A DNA stretch of 41,022 nucleotides, taken from positions 1 through 41,022 of IMG/VR virus record IMGVR_UViG_3300014613_000013; one strand, written 5' to 3'. Every line of letters begins with the position of its first letter. Position 1 is the first letter of the stretch. The translations under genes were made by a program, and so were the position numbers. The stretch is from a virus (lineage: Duplodnaviria; Caudoviricetes). The notes below the pieces were generated by a model. The model was not told the DNA's origin. It made no database searches and was given only the letters and a program-made list of their open reading frames with translations. Shown piece after piece: positions 7,911 through 15,895 of the stretch.

Positions 7911-8951
7911 TTAAACATTCTTACTGTTGCGTCCCATATATTCATATTTCTTTTTAAAACCTCTTATAATATATTCTATAACATTTACAGTTACAGCGTT
8001 TCCTAAACATTTATATCTTTGCGTATCTGAAATGCCAGATGTCCAGTTATCTTGGAATCCTTGTAATCTTTCACATTCCAAAGGAGTTAAACTCCGTATA
8101 GTATTATTATATAAATATAAATTATCTTTTTGTACACTTGTTAAACTATTTGTATTTTTATCTTTTCTTTTTTCTAATTGTTGAGTCTTTTTTCTACCTC
8201 TCATGGCATATAAACCTGTTTTAGCTCCGAGGCCACCTGCTTGGCTTGCAATAGTTGTTGATATTCCTTCTGTATCATATACTCTCATCCCTTGTGAATT
8301 TCCTTTAGTAATTTCTTGCAAAACATAGGTCTCATTGCTTTTTGCATTCGAATAATTTGTCCGGAGACAGTTACTAATTTGTTCTCGTAATTTTTTGGTT
8401 GGAATAGTTTTTGTACTAATTCTTTTTTTAAATAATATTTTTCGTCTACATTCTTTTCTAATACCGAAGATAAAGATACGCTCTCGGTTTTGGGCGACTC
8501 CATAATTTTTGCTGTTAAAAATCTTCCATTCAATGTTATACCCCAAGTCGGAGAGAACCCTAAGTATTGTCTTGATAGTTTTTCCATCTTCGTGAGATAA
8601 TAAACCTTTAACATTTTCGAGTAAAAAATATTTTGGTCGTTTGTCTCGTAGAATCCTTGCGACTTCAAAAAAAAGAGTTCCTCTACTGTCATCAAATCCT
8701 CTTCTTTTACCTGCAATAGAGAATGCTTGGCAAGGAAATCCTCCAACAAGCATATCAAATTCGGGCAATTCCTTTGTATTAATTCTAGTTGCATTTCCAT
8801 AATTTTTATGCTCCTTAAAATGTTTCTCATATATTTGAATAGCATATTTATTTATTTCGCTATATCCTATACATTTCCACATATTATTAGTAGCTTGTGC
8901 TATCCCTTTTTCAAAACCACCTATCCCCGAAAACATGCTAAAATATTTCAT
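7911..8951 (-). CDS. dcm: C5-cytosine DNA methyltransferase
   Basis: FSGIGG, GFPCQAFS, ENVKGL, QNRERIF, LTPLECERLQGF, QRYKCLGNAV. Confidence 0.95.
   Translation of the reverse strand: MKYFSMFSGIGGFEKGIAQATNNMWKCIGYSEINKYAIQIYEKHFKEHKNYGNATRINTKELPEFDMLVGGFPCQAFSIAGKRRGFDDSRGTLFFEVARILRDKRPKYFLLENVKGLLSHEDGKTIKTILRVLSDLGYNIEWKIFNSKNYGVAQNRERIFIFGIRKECRRKILFKKRISTKTIPTKKLREQISNCLRTNYSNAKSNETYVLQEITKGNSQGMRVYDTEGISTTIASQAGGLGAKTGLYAMRGRKKTQQLEKRKDKNTNSLTSVQKDNLYLYNNTIRSLTPLECERLQGFQDNWTSGISDTQRYKCLGNAVTVNVIEYIIRGFKKKYEYMGRNSKNV
8285..8845 (-). CDS. Alternative-frame ORF nested in dcm (possible second MTase polypeptide)
   Basis: 186 open codons in AT-rich DNA; contains SLSSVLEKNVDEKYYL, an MTase-like segment; true start uncertain. 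Confidence 0.5.
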   Translation of the reverse strand: MLFKYMRNILRSIKIMEMQLELIQRNCPNLICLLEDFLAKHSLLQVKEEDLMTVEELFFLKSQGFYETNDQNIFYSKMLKVYYLTKMEKLSRQYLGFSPTWGITLNGRFLTAKIMESPKTESVSLSSVLEKNVDEKYYLKKELVQKLFQPKNYENKLVTVSGQIIRMQKAMRPMFCKKLLKEIHKG

Positions 8952-8954
8952 AAT

Positions 8955-9560
8955 TTATATCCTATATACTAAACTAGACTTAACCCACCAATCTTCTTTA
9001 TCTTCAATCTTTAAATATTTACAATAAGGTCGCAAATAAAGCTTGGATTTTAAAGGGATTTCTGTACTTACTAACAATGTGTTAATAACTTTATTGTTAT
9101 TAATTCTTAATTCAAACTCTAACCATTTGACTTTAATGTAGTTATAATACATAATCTCGCCCTTGTCGAAATGATCGAATGCGACCGTATAACCTATTTT
9201 AAACCACTCAATGTCTTTTGCTATTCGATAGCCTGTATCGATCGTCTGAGCGTTCATATCTTTGACCTGACGGTCATATGAGGTAAACTGTCTTCTATAA
9301 TAAAACCTATTATTAAATATCTTGGCTAACCACTTATCCTCTTTCTCATAAGTCAAGTTAAAATCATGTCCCCAACCATGTATACCTATTTCTCGTTCAT
9401 ATAATCCACACATTGAGCCTTTAACATTGTACTTAGAGTCTTGAGCCTTCCAGTCTATACCTGCCCTTATTTCGTAATCTAAAGGCAAGTTATCCACAAC
9501 AGGAGTCCTTACTGAATAACTACATAACATTGATAGTATTACTAGTGATTTAAATATCAT
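8955..9560 (-). CDS. Exported protein, possible small outer-membrane beta-barrel
   Basis: Signal-like N-terminus, aromatic-rich alternating strands, C-terminus SSLVYRI. Confidence 0.5.
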   Translation of the reverse strand: MIFKSLVILSMLCSYSVRTPVVDNLPLDYEIRAGIDWKAQDSKYNVKGSMCGLYEREIGIHGWGHDFNLTYEKEDKWLAKIFNNRFYYRRQFTSYDRQVKDMNAQTIDTGYRIAKDIEWFKIGYTVAFDHFDKGEIMYYNYIKVKWLEFELRINNNKVINTLLVSTEIPLKSKLYLRPYCKYLKIEDKEDWWVKSSLVYRI

Positions 9561-9706
9561 TTAAACTCCAAATATTTATTTTGCCATACAATCTCAAAAT
9601 CTTCTTTATTTAATTCTTTAACCTTAATTAATAAAACTAGTTTTCCATCTTGTGTTATTGCAACATCTGTTTTTTCTTCACCGTTTTCATCTAAAACTTT
9701 AAACAT
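9557..9706 (-). CDS. 49-aa hypothetical protein (not in ORF track)
   Basis: AGGAG RBS, MFKVLDENGEEK..., ATGA overlap with the next gene. Confidence 0.65.
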   Translation of the reverse strand: MFKVLDENGEEKTDVAITQDGKLVLLIKVKELNKEDFEIVWQNKYLEFK

Positions 9707-9720
9707 TATATGCTCCTACA

Positions 9721-10695
9721 TCACGCCGCATATTGTAATTCTTCATTATTCCAATATTTCATTAATATTATATCAGGTATTTCGGGTTTTGATAAGTATT
9801 TAATCATGTTTTCTGTTTTATCTTTTGACCAAATATATAACCTAATTCGAGTTTTTCCATCACCGAACTTGATTTGATTTACACCATTTATTATTAATCT
9901 GCAAGTGACACCAGCTCTGGAGACTAACGCCAATGTACCTATATATTTATCAAACATATCCTTGTCACTTAACCCAATTGCTTCTAATCCATAACCCTTT
10001 TTGTCATAAGGTTTGTAAATAAAATCCACGGGCAAATGTATCTCTAAATATTGTACATCTTCTTTTTTGCGTGCCATCATGAACCGCATAAGTAATGCTC
10101 GATATTCGCAATAATGACACTGCTCGTAATACATTCCTGTTAGAACTATTCGTGTGATTCCATCTGCAAACTTTGTTCGATAATTATAAGCTAACACATC
10201 GAATACATCTAATAAGAATATAATACCTTTTTTTGTATTAAAATCAAAATAATCTTCTGCGTCTATCTTCTGATATATATAATCCCATAGACTTAATACA
10301 ACTATTCTTTGAATATTTTTAGATAAGCCAGTTTGATCAAAATACTTTTGAGCGTGTACAATAACGAAATTAGTAATTCTTTCTTTCTTTATTATCTCAG
10401 GATACTCAACAGTTGAAAAATCATCTATAGCACAAAAGTCTTGTGAATCAGGGAGTAAATTGCTGGGACGAGGTGCTTGAAATTTATTAAAAGGATTCCG
10501 TCTAAGACTCCAATATAAAATCTCTTTGAATCGTGATTGTAGCTCTTTACGGAAATACTCTTCTTCTAAGAATATCCTAACCTGGTATTCAAGTCTATCT
10601 TTATTATGCCAATCAAACAAGCTAGTATTACTCAGAGATACAGATATACTACACGTTGTAAATATTGTCATTATTATTAATATTATTTTTCTCAT
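9721..10695 (-). CDS. Exported hypothetical protein
   Basis: 324 aa; MRKIILIIMTIFTTCSISVS signal-like start. Confidence 0.75.
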   Translation of the reverse strand: MRKIILIIMTIFTTCSISVSLSNTSLFDWHNKDRLEYQVRIFLEEEYFRKELQSRFKEILYWSLRRNPFNKFQAPRPSNLLPDSQDFCAIDDFSTVEYPEIIKKERITNFVIVHAQKYFDQTGLSKNIQRIVVLSLWDYIYQKIDAEDYFDFNTKKGIIFLLDVFDVLAYNYRTKFADGITRIVLTGMYYEQCHYCEYRALLMRFMMARKKEDVQYLEIHLPVDFIYKPYDKKGYGLEAIGLSDKDMFDKYIGTLALVSRAGVTCRLIINGVNQIKFGDGKTRIRLYIWSKDKTENMIKYLSKPEIPDIILMKYWNNEELQYAA

Positions 10696-10710
10696 TAATT
10701 ATTCCTTGAA

Positions 10711-10863
10711 TTAGCCGTAGCCATCGCCGTCGCCGTCGCCATCGCCGTCGCCGTAGCCGTCGCCGAAGCCGTTGCCGTAGCTGTCGCCGTCGCCGTAGCC
10801 GTTGCCGTCGCCATCTCCATAAGAATTGTGGTTAAAATCAAAATTTATAATTCGTTTTTCCAT
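10711..10863 (-). CDS. 50-aa (Gly-Xaa)n repeat peptide (not in ORF track)
   Basis: MEKRIINFDFNHNSYGDGDGNGYGDGDSYGNGFGDGYGDGDGDGDGDGYG*; GAGG RBS; GC-rich 6-bp repeat. Confidence 0.8.
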   Translation of the reverse strand: MEKRIINFDFNHNSYGDGDGNGYGDGDSYGNGFGDGYGDGDGDGDGDGYG

Positions 10864-11201
10864 TTTTCCTCATTACATTCTATCGAAAAAACTTGAGTTA
10901 AAATATCAAATTCAACAAGCCCATTTGTTTTTCTTAATCTTGTGTTTTCTTGTGTACCATGCTGAGCTAATTGTCCTAATCCTTCGGTTGTCCCCCATCT
11001 TTCAATTATAGATGCTTTGTGTAATTTGCAATCTGATCCTTGTCTCTCATAATACCCAATTACAACCCAACCTCTTTGTAATACTACAATCTTAACTGGT
11101 AATTCTCCCGTCTTTTGCGTTGAGGCGTCTTCAACCCCATCAATAATAATCTTTTTCATTTTTCCTCCTTCTGCCAATACTGGTTCTTTTAATTTTTTCA
11201 T
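10845..11201 (-). CDS. DUF6948-like phage protein (alternative start 11159)
   Basis: IVVLQRGWVVIG..ASIIERWGTTEGLGQLAQHG; two in-frame ATGs each with AGGAGGAAAA. Confidence 0.7.
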   Translation of the reverse strand: MKKLKEPVLAEGGKMKKIIIDGVEDASTQKTGELPVKIVVLQRGWVVIGYYERQGSDCKLHKASIIERWGTTEGLGQLAQHGTQENTRLRKTNGLVEFDILTQVFSIECNEEKWKNEL

Positions 11202-11255
11202 TTTTCCTCCTCTACCGGGAATCCCGGGACACCCCTCACAACCATCAATTCCCGG

Positions 11256-11648
11256 TTAAAATAATATTTCTTCATCTTGACATGTTGATGTTGGTTCAGG
11301 TATACCTTCTTCGAAAGGTTGCGAATTTGGCACTGTTATTTTAATCAATATCTCTAATTTTTCAACGCGTGCCTTTAAATCTTGAAAATCTTTATATGAT
11401 ACATTCCTAGGCATATTCCTAAAATTTAAATATTGCCCGTTTTCCTCTACAATTATTTCTACTTTATCGCCTACATTCCAATTGCTATTCTCACTATTAC
11501 CAAACCCGCTTAACCATTTTTCCCCATGTTCTTGAGTCTTAATACCTATTCTTGTATAATTACGACCATCTTTTGTTGTGAATAAATTCCCAGTTTTATC
11601 TTTATCTGATCTGTGTATTCGTTCTATTGTTACTTTTTCACTTTTCAT
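11256..11648 (-). CDS. Putative single-stranded DNA-binding protein
   Basis: OB-fold-like (WNVGDKVEIIVEENGQYLNF), acidic tail DEEILF, located in the replication module. Confidence 0.6.
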   Translation of the reverse strand: MKSEKVTIERIHRSDKDKTGNLFTTKDGRNYTRIGIKTQEHGEKWLSGFGNSENSNWNVGDKVEIIVEENGQYLNFRNMPRNVSYKDFQDLKARVEKLEILIKITVPNSQPFEEGIPEPTSTCQDEEILF

Positions 11649-12145
11649 TTTTCCTCCTTCTTTGTATTTAATATATGTATTATTTCAAATAAATTATCAT
11701 AATCATTTATAGATAATAAATCAATTACATGATATGGTTTATTATTACTTCGATAAATACTACAATTTCTATATGGAATATATAGATATTTTTTTAATCG
11801 ATTAATAATTCCGTCTCGGATGAAATCAACTTCAAATTCTATCATAACAAAATTTATATTATCTTCAGAAAATGTATTTTTTACTTTATATGTCCTGTTT
11901 TGAAAATCACAATATATATTAGAAAAATCAAATTTATTATTAGTCTCATTAAATTTATTTTCTTCTATGAATTTATTTAATTCGTTAATAATTGTTGAAG
12001 AAAATAATTTTTTATCAGTTTTTAAAAGCATTGTTATAAATAAATTCATATCGTCTTCACTGCAATTTTTACATAAATCTGAAAAAGCCTCTGTATCAAC
12101 CTTTAAGCCTAAATCTATTAATCTATTAAGACAATATTCATACAT
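11645..12145 (-). CDS. Hypothetical protein downstream of the initiator
   Basis: 166-aa ORF overlapping both neighbours. Confidence 0.7.
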   Translation of the reverse strand: MYEYCLNRLIDLGLKVDTEAFSDLCKNCSEDDMNLFITMLLKTDKKLFSSTIINELNKFIEENKFNETNNKFDFSNIYCDFQNRTYKVKNTFSEDNINFVMIEFEVDFIRDGIINRLKKYLYIPYRNCSIYRSNNKPYHVIDLLSINDYDNLFEIIHILNTKKEEK

Positions 12146-13043
12146 TTTGTATAACTCCTTTTTCTTTTAATTCTTTTTGATAAATTCGCCATCTTTGTAA
12201 AATTTCAAACTCTGTCATTTCGAGATACCTCTTGTGTGATAATTCCGTGTTTTTAGCTAATTCATTTATTTTGTTTATTAATTCGGGATTATCCTTAAAT
12301 TTTTCATTTGTTTCTACAGCTTTATAATACCCTTTCGGGTTGATTTCCCGTAAATCCTTCAAAACGGCGATTATAGCCCATTTAATCATCTTCCTATAGT
12401 CATCCCCTTGGCACGCCTTTTTATCGCCCTGAGCGAGCTTTTCGAGCTTCCAGGCGTTAAGTTTTATCATGGCTTCATGTATAACCGTTTTTCCATGCTT
12501 TGTAACAAGTTTGTTATATTCCATTTCTGTCATGTATACAAATTCTTCGTATTTTATCTTTTTATCAAAGTTTTTATAAAACTTTGCAAATTCATTTTGG
12601 TTGTATATATTTATTTCTTTATCATTCTTATCATTCTTATCATTATTATCATTATTGTTTGTGTCCGTTTGTTGTCCGTTTGTTGTCCGTTTGTTGTCCG
12701 TTTGTTGTACGATCTGTTGTCCATCTATTTGATACTTATCCCAATTAAGTATTGTAATTAAACGAAATTTTGTTGTTTTTTGTTGTTTGATTTGATGTTC
12801 ACTTTCGAGGTATGTCAATCCTCTTTCCACTGAACTAGGCGAAATTCCGCTGTTCAAAGATAGTTCTTTTCTTCCTGTTATAATCTGACCCATTTTACAC
12901 ACCTGCTTTTTATTATTCCAAATAAATGTCTTGTCTTTGTGATTAGCTTTTAATAGTAAAATAATCCATAACCAAGCGTATTTAGGCTTCTTACAAATAG
13001 GATTATCTAATATATGCCTATGTAATTTGACCCAACCTTCCAT
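12138..13043 (-). CDS. Phage replication initiator / replisome organiser
   Basis: EGWVKLHR..LWIILLLKANHK..GQIITGRKELS..ITILNWDKYQ winged-helix N-terminus, followed by an iteron-encoded linker. Confidence 0.85.
   Translation of the reverse strand: MEGWVKLHRHILDNPICKKPKYAWLWIILLLKANHKDKTFIWNNKKQVCKMGQIITGRKELSLNSGISPSSVERGLTYLESEHQIKQQKTTKFRLITILNWDKYQIDGQQIVQQTDNKRTTNGQQTDTNNNDNNDKNDKNDKEINIYNQNEFAKFYKNFDKKIKYEEFVYMTEMEYNKLVTKHGKTVIHEAMIKLNAWKLEKLAQGDKKACQGDDYRKMIKWAIIAVLKDLREINPKGYYKAVETNEKFKDNPELINKINELAKNTELSHKRYLEMTEFEILQRWRIYQKELKEKGVIQNV
12618..12723. repeat. Iteron array / probable replication origin
   Basis: Four perfect 11-bp TGTCCGTTTGT (12662-12705) plus degenerate copies, next to AT-rich 9-bp TTATCATTM repeats inside the initiator gene. 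Confidence 0.75.
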
Positions 13044-13061
13044 TGTCTCTCCAAATAGAAA

Positions 13062-13178
13062 GAGCGTATTGGTACGGACATAGTGCTATAGATAGCAAGA
13101 TACGACCAGATAACTGGCAACCAATACGCTCAATATGTTTAATTTTTTAATGTTTGATTTCTTCATTTCTACATCCGT
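13062..13178 (-). promoter_or_regulatory. Pseudoknotted leader RNA, copy B (5' of the replication initiator)
   Basis: 12-bp stem GAGCGTATTGGT/ACCAATACGCTC, two hairpins joined by CGTATCT, crossing pair ACGGATGTAG/CTATGTCCGT. Confidence 0.7.
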
Positions 13179-13193
13179 TTTTTAACTTTGTCT

Positions 13194-13222
13194 ATTTTAT
13201 ATCAAAGACCAAAAAAAGTAAA
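13194..13222 (-). promoter_or_regulatory. Sigma70-like promoter for the replication operon
   Basis: TTTACT-N17-TAAAAT. Confidence 0.6.
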
Positions 13223-13223
13223 G

Positions 13224-13325
13224 CTATTTTTTTATTTTAAAATAAATTATAAACGCAATAAATATTATAAAGCCTGCAACAAGCCCCATAGCTAAAACGC
13301 TTAATACTAATATATCAATATTCAT
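13224..13325 (-). CDS. 33-aa single-TM peptide
   Basis: AAGGAGG RBS; MNIDILVLSVLAMGLVAGFIIFIAFIIYFKIKK*. Confidence 0.65.
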   Translation of the reverse strand: MNIDILVLSVLAMGLVAGFIIFIAFIIYFKIKK

Positions 13326-13462
13326 TTTTCCTCCTTTATCTTCACATTAAAGTCTTTCTTTATCACTTTTGAAATTGCCCATATTCCATAAAAAATACCA
13401 AAAATTAAACCTATAATCAAACTTATAAAATTACTTACTATAAAAATTGTTATATTTTCCAT
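13322..13462 (-). CDS. 46-aa single-TM peptide
   Basis: MENITIFIVSNFISLIIGLIFGIFYGIWAISK...; ATGA overlap with the next ORF. Confidence 0.6.
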   Translation of the reverse strand: MENITIFIVSNFISLIIGLIFGIFYGIWAISKVIKKDFNVKIKEEK

Positions 13463-13463
13463 T

Positions 13464-13922
13464 TTATACCTTATCCTTATACCCAAATCTATCTGCTTCG
13501 GGTATTACTATTCCAAGATTCTCTGCCGCCCATCTAATACAAGCGTCAAGATATTTACTAGTTTCTTCTCGATCGCCTTCTTTTCCAACAGACTTATATT
13601 TTTTTGCTGATATAATATGTTCTTTAACTTTAATCTCTTGAATATCGTAATGACCTAATTCATCTTTCATAAATATATGAATATCATTTAAATCTTTATA
13701 ATGATCGTTGCCTAATTCATACAATCCTTTCTTAATTGCTGGCAATACTACTGCCCAGTAATAGCCTCTCTGTTGATCCGACGGCTCTTTCCCAATCTTC
13801 TTTAGCTCTATATACATGTCTTGTTGCTGTAGATATTCCCATAATTGTAACCGCATATTTTCAAAAATTGTTTTCCAATGATTTTTTGATACTCTATAGA
13901 AATAATATTTTTGTCTACCCAT
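13464..13922 (-). CDS. NinB/Orf-like recombination accessory protein
   Basis: SDQQRGYYW..IHIFMK..SKYLDACIRWAAENLGIVIP; follows the exonuclease. Confidence 0.65.
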   Translation of the reverse strand: MGRQKYYFYRVSKNHWKTIFENMRLQLWEYLQQQDMYIELKKIGKEPSDQQRGYYWAVVLPAIKKGLYELGNDHYKDLNDIHIFMKDELGHYDIQEIKVKEHIISAKKYKSVGKEGDREETSKYLDACIRWAAENLGIVIPEADRFGYKDKV

Positions 13923-14525
13923 TTAATTCTCCATAAACTTTTTACATTTATCGTATTTTTCCAATAATATCTTTGTGCCTTTTGTAATACCTTCTTGGAT
14001 ACGTTCAAATTTCTTACTGTCAGGTTCGACTCTTTGTATCCATAAACTTTTATAGTAGTTAGGATTATAAGCCACAAAATCCCACCACTTGCGACCAGTA
14101 ATAAATAAATTCATTTGTATTTGCCAAATATATTTTGAACTTATTTTACCCGTCAATACCAACTCTGTATAAACTTTATTGTTTAAGCTTTTAATTTCTA
14201 TTCCGCCATCTTCGCTTATGAGTCCATCAGGAGAACACCCGACATATTCTGAAAATTCTATAAATCCAACTTGCTTGACTTTATTGCCTGTCTCCATTTC
14301 ATAAATTACTCGTGCTTCTTCTTCAAGGTCATTGCCTCTAGCCATATCAGTATTAGTATATCCTTCATCTTTTGTAATAGCAAAACTCTCGCAAACTATA
14401 TTATTTGTATATGTATCAAGTCCTTTGCCTATGTTGGCGATCTCTTGAGCGTGTGAAGCCGTAAGTTTAAGCTCTCTAATTTTTAACCACTCCTCTGATC
14501 CTTGTGTCATATTATGAATTTTCAT
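13923..14525 (-). CDS. YqaJ/lambda-type exonuclease
   Basis: QGSEEWLKIR..LTAS, MARGNDLE, CSPDGL, IEIK, QIQMNL, WDFVAY. Confidence 0.92.
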   Translation of the reverse strand: MKIHNMTQGSEEWLKIRELKLTASHAQEIANIGKGLDTYTNNIVCESFAITKDEGYTNTDMARGNDLEEEARVIYEMETGNKVKQVGFIEFSEYVGCSPDGLISEDGGIEIKSLNNKVYTELVLTGKISSKYIWQIQMNLFITGRKWWDFVAYNPNYYKSLWIQRVEPDSKKFERIQEGITKGTKILLEKYDKCKKFMEN

Positions 14526-15306
14526 TTAATTCCTTCCTTTTAATTGTTATATACTTGTTGAATTCAGATATATTATCTACCTTAGATTTATGGTGATTAT
14601 ATAATTTTGTCAATTCTGCAATAGTTTTAACATTGTCGATTGCTTGTTTAATTTCCAAATCCAAGTTTAAAGGATTTTCTAGGTTATAGCTTTTGTTGTC
14701 TTCACTATCAATCGAAGTAAAAATATCATCGAAATGTAACTTACAAGCTTTCTTAATTAATGTTTTCTTACACATTTCTACAAACCATGATTTCCATATA
14801 AAATCAGTTTTCGCAACTTTTCTATGTTTATTAAAATCATCTAGTTTAAGTATTGTCATAAACTCGCCACGTTTATTTTTAATCACACAATAACCGCCAA
14901 CAAGCCCTGCGTCAACACGCTTGAAAGGATCGCCTATTTTGTGTGAATATTGCACCACCCCACTATCTTTGCTAAAACTAAAATCATCATCTATATACAC
15001 TAGCTCTACATCAATTATTGTTTCAGGATATGCAACTAACATTTTATTCTTATAAGCAATATAATCATATGTAATACCTGTTTTTTGTAAAGTTATATGA
15101 ACTCCATCAAAAACCAAGCCTTGTGAATTTACTCTCTCGTATAACTTAGCCATCTCTTCTTCTGATCTTTTTTGTATCCAAATGTTTTTAATTTGTTGAG
15201 TTTTTATATCTTTCGCAAGATATAAACCAATAATATAAGAAGCAAACTTTTCAACATCTGCTTTTTCATAATCTTTTAATAATTCAATTATTTTTTCTTT
15301 TTTCAC
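14512..15306 (-). CDS. recT: RecT/Red-beta-type ssDNA annealing protein
   Basis: LVY..DDF, GGYCVI, IWKSWFVEMCKKTLIKKACK; adjacent to the YqaJ exonuclease. Confidence 0.8.
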   Translation of the reverse strand: MKKEKIIELLKDYEKADVEKFASYIIGLYLAKDIKTQQIKNIWIQKRSEEEMAKLYERVNSQGLVFDGVHITLQKTGITYDYIAYKNKMLVAYPETIIDVELVYIDDDFSFSKDSGVVQYSHKIGDPFKRVDAGLVGGYCVIKNKRGEFMTILKLDDFNKHRKVAKTDFIWKSWFVEMCKKTLIKKACKLHFDDIFTSIDSEDNKSYNLENPLNLDLEIKQAIDNVKTIAELTKLYNHHKSKVDNISEFNKYITIKRKELNENS

Positions 15307-15344
15307 GGTGAGTCTCCTTAGATGCCTGCCTTTCGGTTCAGGTC

Positions 15345-15695
15345 TTACTCTTTACATAGTGCCATATAATCTTCTTCTATCTCATAATTAAAACTTATAT
15401 TACAGAGATCATTTTCTATAATTATTGATAAATTAAATTTGTTTTCTAAACCTATATAGAATTCTTTAACCCAATTAAATACATTGCTTTCTTTAAATAA
15501 TTTAATTTTGTCATTATTATTAAGTCTTAAGGCAAGTTCCTGTTGCATAAGTATCTCTCCGTCTATATCAACTTCATATTCGTTATCTTCGATAACATCA
15601 ATGTCATTACTCTGCAACTTATTAGTTATCACTTTATTTGTCTCCCGAAAAAATTCTGTAATCTGTTGAAATTGTGGGTGTAAGTGTGTGTTCAT
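15345..15695 (-). CDS. Acidic hypothetical early protein
   Basis: 116 aa; AGGAGGT RBS; first gene after the promoter at 15748. Confidence 0.75.
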   Translation of the reverse strand: MNTHLHPQFQQITEFFRETNKVITNKLQSNDIDVIEDNEYEVDIDGEILMQQELALRLNNNDKIKLFKESNVFNWVKEFYIGLENKFNLSIIIENDLCNISFNYEIEEDYMALCKE

Positions 15696-15719
15696 CGTTA
15701 CCTCCTTTGTTTAGTTTAT

Positions 15720-15748
15720 ATTTAACCAAATAACTGGTTAAATGTCAA
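15720..15748 (-). promoter_or_regulatory. Early promoter with palindromic operator
   Basis: TTGACA-N17-TTAAAT overlapped by TTTAACCA-N6-TGGTTAAA. Confidence 0.7.
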
Positions 15749-15895
15749 CCTTTTTTTTCTCAAACATGTTTTAACTTTATCACTGTTTCTTTTTCTTTTG
15801 CATTTTTCTCTCGGACATCTTGTTTGAGCCGCATTCTTTTTTTTGAATTTATGACCGCATTCAGGGTCAATTAATATCTCGCCAATCTTCGCCAT
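15722..15895 (-). CDS. 57-aa basic zinc-finger-like protein (not in ORF track)
   Basis: MAKIGEILIDPECGHKFKKKNAAQTRCPREKCKRKR...; GGGAG RBS. Confidence 0.6.
   Translation of the reverse strand: MAKIGEILIDPECGHKFKKKNAAQTRCPREKCKRKRNSDKVKTCLRKKRLTFNQLFG

Noticed and set aside
7116-8951. Restriction-modification system
   Set aside because: Two methyltransferases but no adjacent endonuclease candidate; orphan anti-restriction MTases are common in phages.
10711-10820. Diversity-generating retroelement (NAC-type codon variation; also repeated fibre modules)
   Set aside because: No reverse transcriptase and no template/variable repeat pair differing only at adenines.
12618-12723. CRISPR array
   Set aside because: Contiguous tandem repeats without spacers, inside a CDS; no cas genes.
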